From assembly GCA_001662655.1 (NCBI GenBank), contig KV460207.1: a stretch of 64,000 nucleotides of DNA; one strand, 5' to 3'. Numbering within the stretch: the first letter of the stretch is position 1; each line of letters opens with the position of its first letter. Positions 61,463 through 64,000 of this stretch are shown in pieces. The notes under the pieces were generated by a model, which saw only the letters and a list, made by a program, of their open reading frames with translations, was not told the origin of the DNA and searched no databases. The position numbers and the translations under genes are program-made. This DNA comes from Pseudogymnoascus verrucosus (taxonomy: Eukaryota).

Positions 61463-63338
61463 TCAATATTCCACAGCTTTAATCTTACTCTCATCAACAT
61501 GCCACATCCCCACCACCAACTCCCTCGCCTTCTCCAAATTCACCCCCTCAATCCGTCTCTGCACCTCCTCCCTACTCCTCTCCACCTTCTCCGCCACCCC
61601 CTCCCACTCCAATCTCTCTCCTCCCTCTAACTCAACACCCACCAACTTTCCCCCTCTCTTCCTCACAACGCCATCAACAATCACCGTTTCCACATCCCGC
61701 ACACCACTATGTCCCACAACAGCAACAACAGGATCCCAAGAACTCACCCCCGCCATCCCTGGAGTCCTTCCGTCGACCACCACTAGATCAGCTAAATACC
61801 CCTCCCTGATTCTCCCAATCTTATCACCCATCCCCACCGCCCTCGCACCGCCCACAGTGGCGAGATTAAACGCTTCTCTTGCTCCTCCTACCAGTTTCTG
61901 GGGAAACTCACCTTTGTCTAATAACGCGGCGTTGGTCTCTTGTCTAGCAAGCAACAGTGCAGCACGCGCTTCGGAAAGGATGCTAGACCCGCAGAAGGCA
62001 TGACTGTCTACCCCCAGTGAACCATGGACGTCAGAGCGCAGCGCAACAGGCCATCCAAGCGCAGTCTGCGCCTCTGAAGACGGTGTAGAGGAGACATGAA
62101 CTTTAGCAGCGTGAAGCACGGCGTGTTCAGCAAACGTAAGATTCGTAGCATGAGACAAAACAATGTCCGGCCCCAGTAACCCATAAGAATCCAAAAGTTC
62201 CACCGTAGACGCCTTCCCAAAAACAGGATTCTTCGCAACATGCGAAGTAATAACCTTCACCCCCGCCCTCCGGAACCGCTCAAAGATCCCGATGACAACT
62301 TCCTGAGGGAGGAAGTAGAGGTCAAAACCGAGACCGATGGTGAGGCGGCCGTTGGCGTGGGGTTGGGACTTGGCAAGGGACTCGAGTTGATCTAGGGACC
62401 AAGAAGAGAGGATATCGGATGAGGGGACGACGGTGGAGACGGTCCAGGAGGTTAGGGGGACGGAGGGTGTGGCGTAGGCGTAGGTGGAGCGGAGACCTGA
62501 GGCGGTGGTTGCGGATAAGCATTGAGTTGCTGGGGGATGTTAGTGTGTGTTGCGAGGTAAAAAGGGGAAGGAGCGAAGGGGTATGGCTGAAAGGGCAGGA
62601 ACGAGGGAGATGAGGTAAGAGTAACTGAGGTAAGAGCGAAGGAGTCAAGAACGAGTGAGGAAAGAACGAGTGGAGAAAAATGAGGTGGCAGGAGCGAGGA
62701 ACAAGAGCGTGGGGACAAGAATGAGGCAGGGGCAATCGGGTGAGAGCTAGGAGGCAAGAATGAGGGGGGAAGAGCGAGGAGGCAGGAGCGAGGGCATAGG
62801 AGTTTGAAGAGGCATGTGCGATAGGACAAAAGTGAAGAGGCAGGAGCAAAGAAAAAGCAAGGCAAGAGCGACTCACCATGTTCGGGGGTGTAGTTGCCGT
62901 GCGAGTGGTCAAGGACATATGTGGTTCCCGCATCGATGGCTTCAAGACAGCCGGCTAGTTGGCCCCAGAACATGTCCTCTGGCGTGAAGTTGTAACTCTG
63001 CATATTTCCTACTCCATCCCGAGATTAGTATTTTGCTCATCATGTGGGGATTATGATGCTACAGTACCTGCCACCATATAGTCCAGCAGCGTCTCATCCA
63101 TATGCCGCCCCTTCAACTGCGTCTGCCATAGGTGATGATGCGTATCAATGAAGCCAGGGGAAACGATCTTGCCCTTGCAATCGATAATCGTAGTGCCTTG
63201 TGGCACCTCTATACCCGTCGCGATTTTTGCAATCAGGTTCCCTGTGACGAGAACATCAGTGTCACTGAGTGCAGTCACATAGTCTTCATCGTCGTGGTAT
63301 AGAACCGTTCCGCCCTGAAGGAGGATACTTGAGGTCAT
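61463..63338 (-). CDS. Metal-dependent amidohydrolase (MTA/SAH deaminase-like family)
   Basis: IVSPGFIDTHHHLWQ, IDAGTTYVLDHSH, LSHAT, SLGVDS, ATVGGARA and GRIREGYLADLVV. Introns at 63009-63067 and 62530-62876. Confidence 0.9.
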
Positions 63339-64000
63339 GGTGAATGGTTTATACTATATGTAACCTTATAATTGATTCAATTTACTTCTTAGTAGCGGGC
63401 TTCCAAGGGGACTTTATATACGGAACGGTTACACGTAAGGGACACTCCATGTTCCTTCGTGTTATACAGATATTGATACAGGTATTATATTTGCTGACAA
63501 GGGATTAATCCGCCAGGGCGGCGGAGCCGATGAGTATATTCACATGCCTTCAAGATTTGATTCAGTTCTATGACGAGTCCATTTGACAGTGACAGGGCTT
63601 TAAACTAGTAAAGTCGTGTTCTGGGCCCGTCGAATGCCAAAGCTGGGCCGGCAATAGGAATCTCGGAATTCATGTCTCCAGTTTTCTGTCAAATGGATTT
63701 GATGTAGCTGGTAGATTTCAATCGGAATTTTGAGCTGTGAAGCCCGAAAGGCCGAGTGTTGGGTAAGCTGAGCGGAATTAAGTGCTCCTAGGCCCCGAAT
63801 TCCGATGCCGATCTGATGGAAATTGTTATTAACTTCGGAATATCCGGCTTATAGAAAAGTTTAAAAAGCTCTATATACTCTTCGTTTGCCAGATTCCGGT
63901 CTTCAGCGACCCCTTGGATCCTTATAAGCGGCTTTGGATCGCATACGTCAACACAGCCCTTGGAGTTCCGCAATTCCGCAACTCGTTCTCATCACGCCAT

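Noticed and set aside
62322..63003. ORFs of 207 aa and 183 aa
   Set aside because: They read through the low-complexity intron of the amidohydrolase gene.

Overview
This window is from a filamentous ascomycete genome, with short GT-AG introns and CTAAC-type branch points. About 20.8-63.3 kb is mostly conserved housekeeping genes: enoyl-CoA hydratase, RER1, PAF1, ARL1, ARP8, an RRM protein, CYC3, an ABC1 kinase, YTA7, a BNI4-like gene, SWC5, DUS1, an APC permease and an amidohydrolase. About 3.3-20.7 kb is an accessory region. Its main feature is a 5S rRNA gene split in two (5' half 16371-16311, 3' half 7302-7240, minus strand) by a ~9.0 kb insertion at 7303-16310. The insertion is bounded by a 5-bp direct repeat (CAAGC) and asymmetric 18-bp terminal inverted repeats. 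At one end it carries a truncated ORF with RIP-type stop codons that resembles the N-terminus of a Starship captain tyrosine recombinase. Its intact cargo is a three-gene module: a levoglucosan kinase (AnmK family), a divergently transcribed sugar-porter MFS transporter and a Zn2Cys6 transcription factor. The best interpretation is a small, derelict 5S-targeting Starship carrying a putative levoglucosan (pyrolysis sugar) utilisation module. All protein identifications come from motif recognition and recall; no database searches were run.
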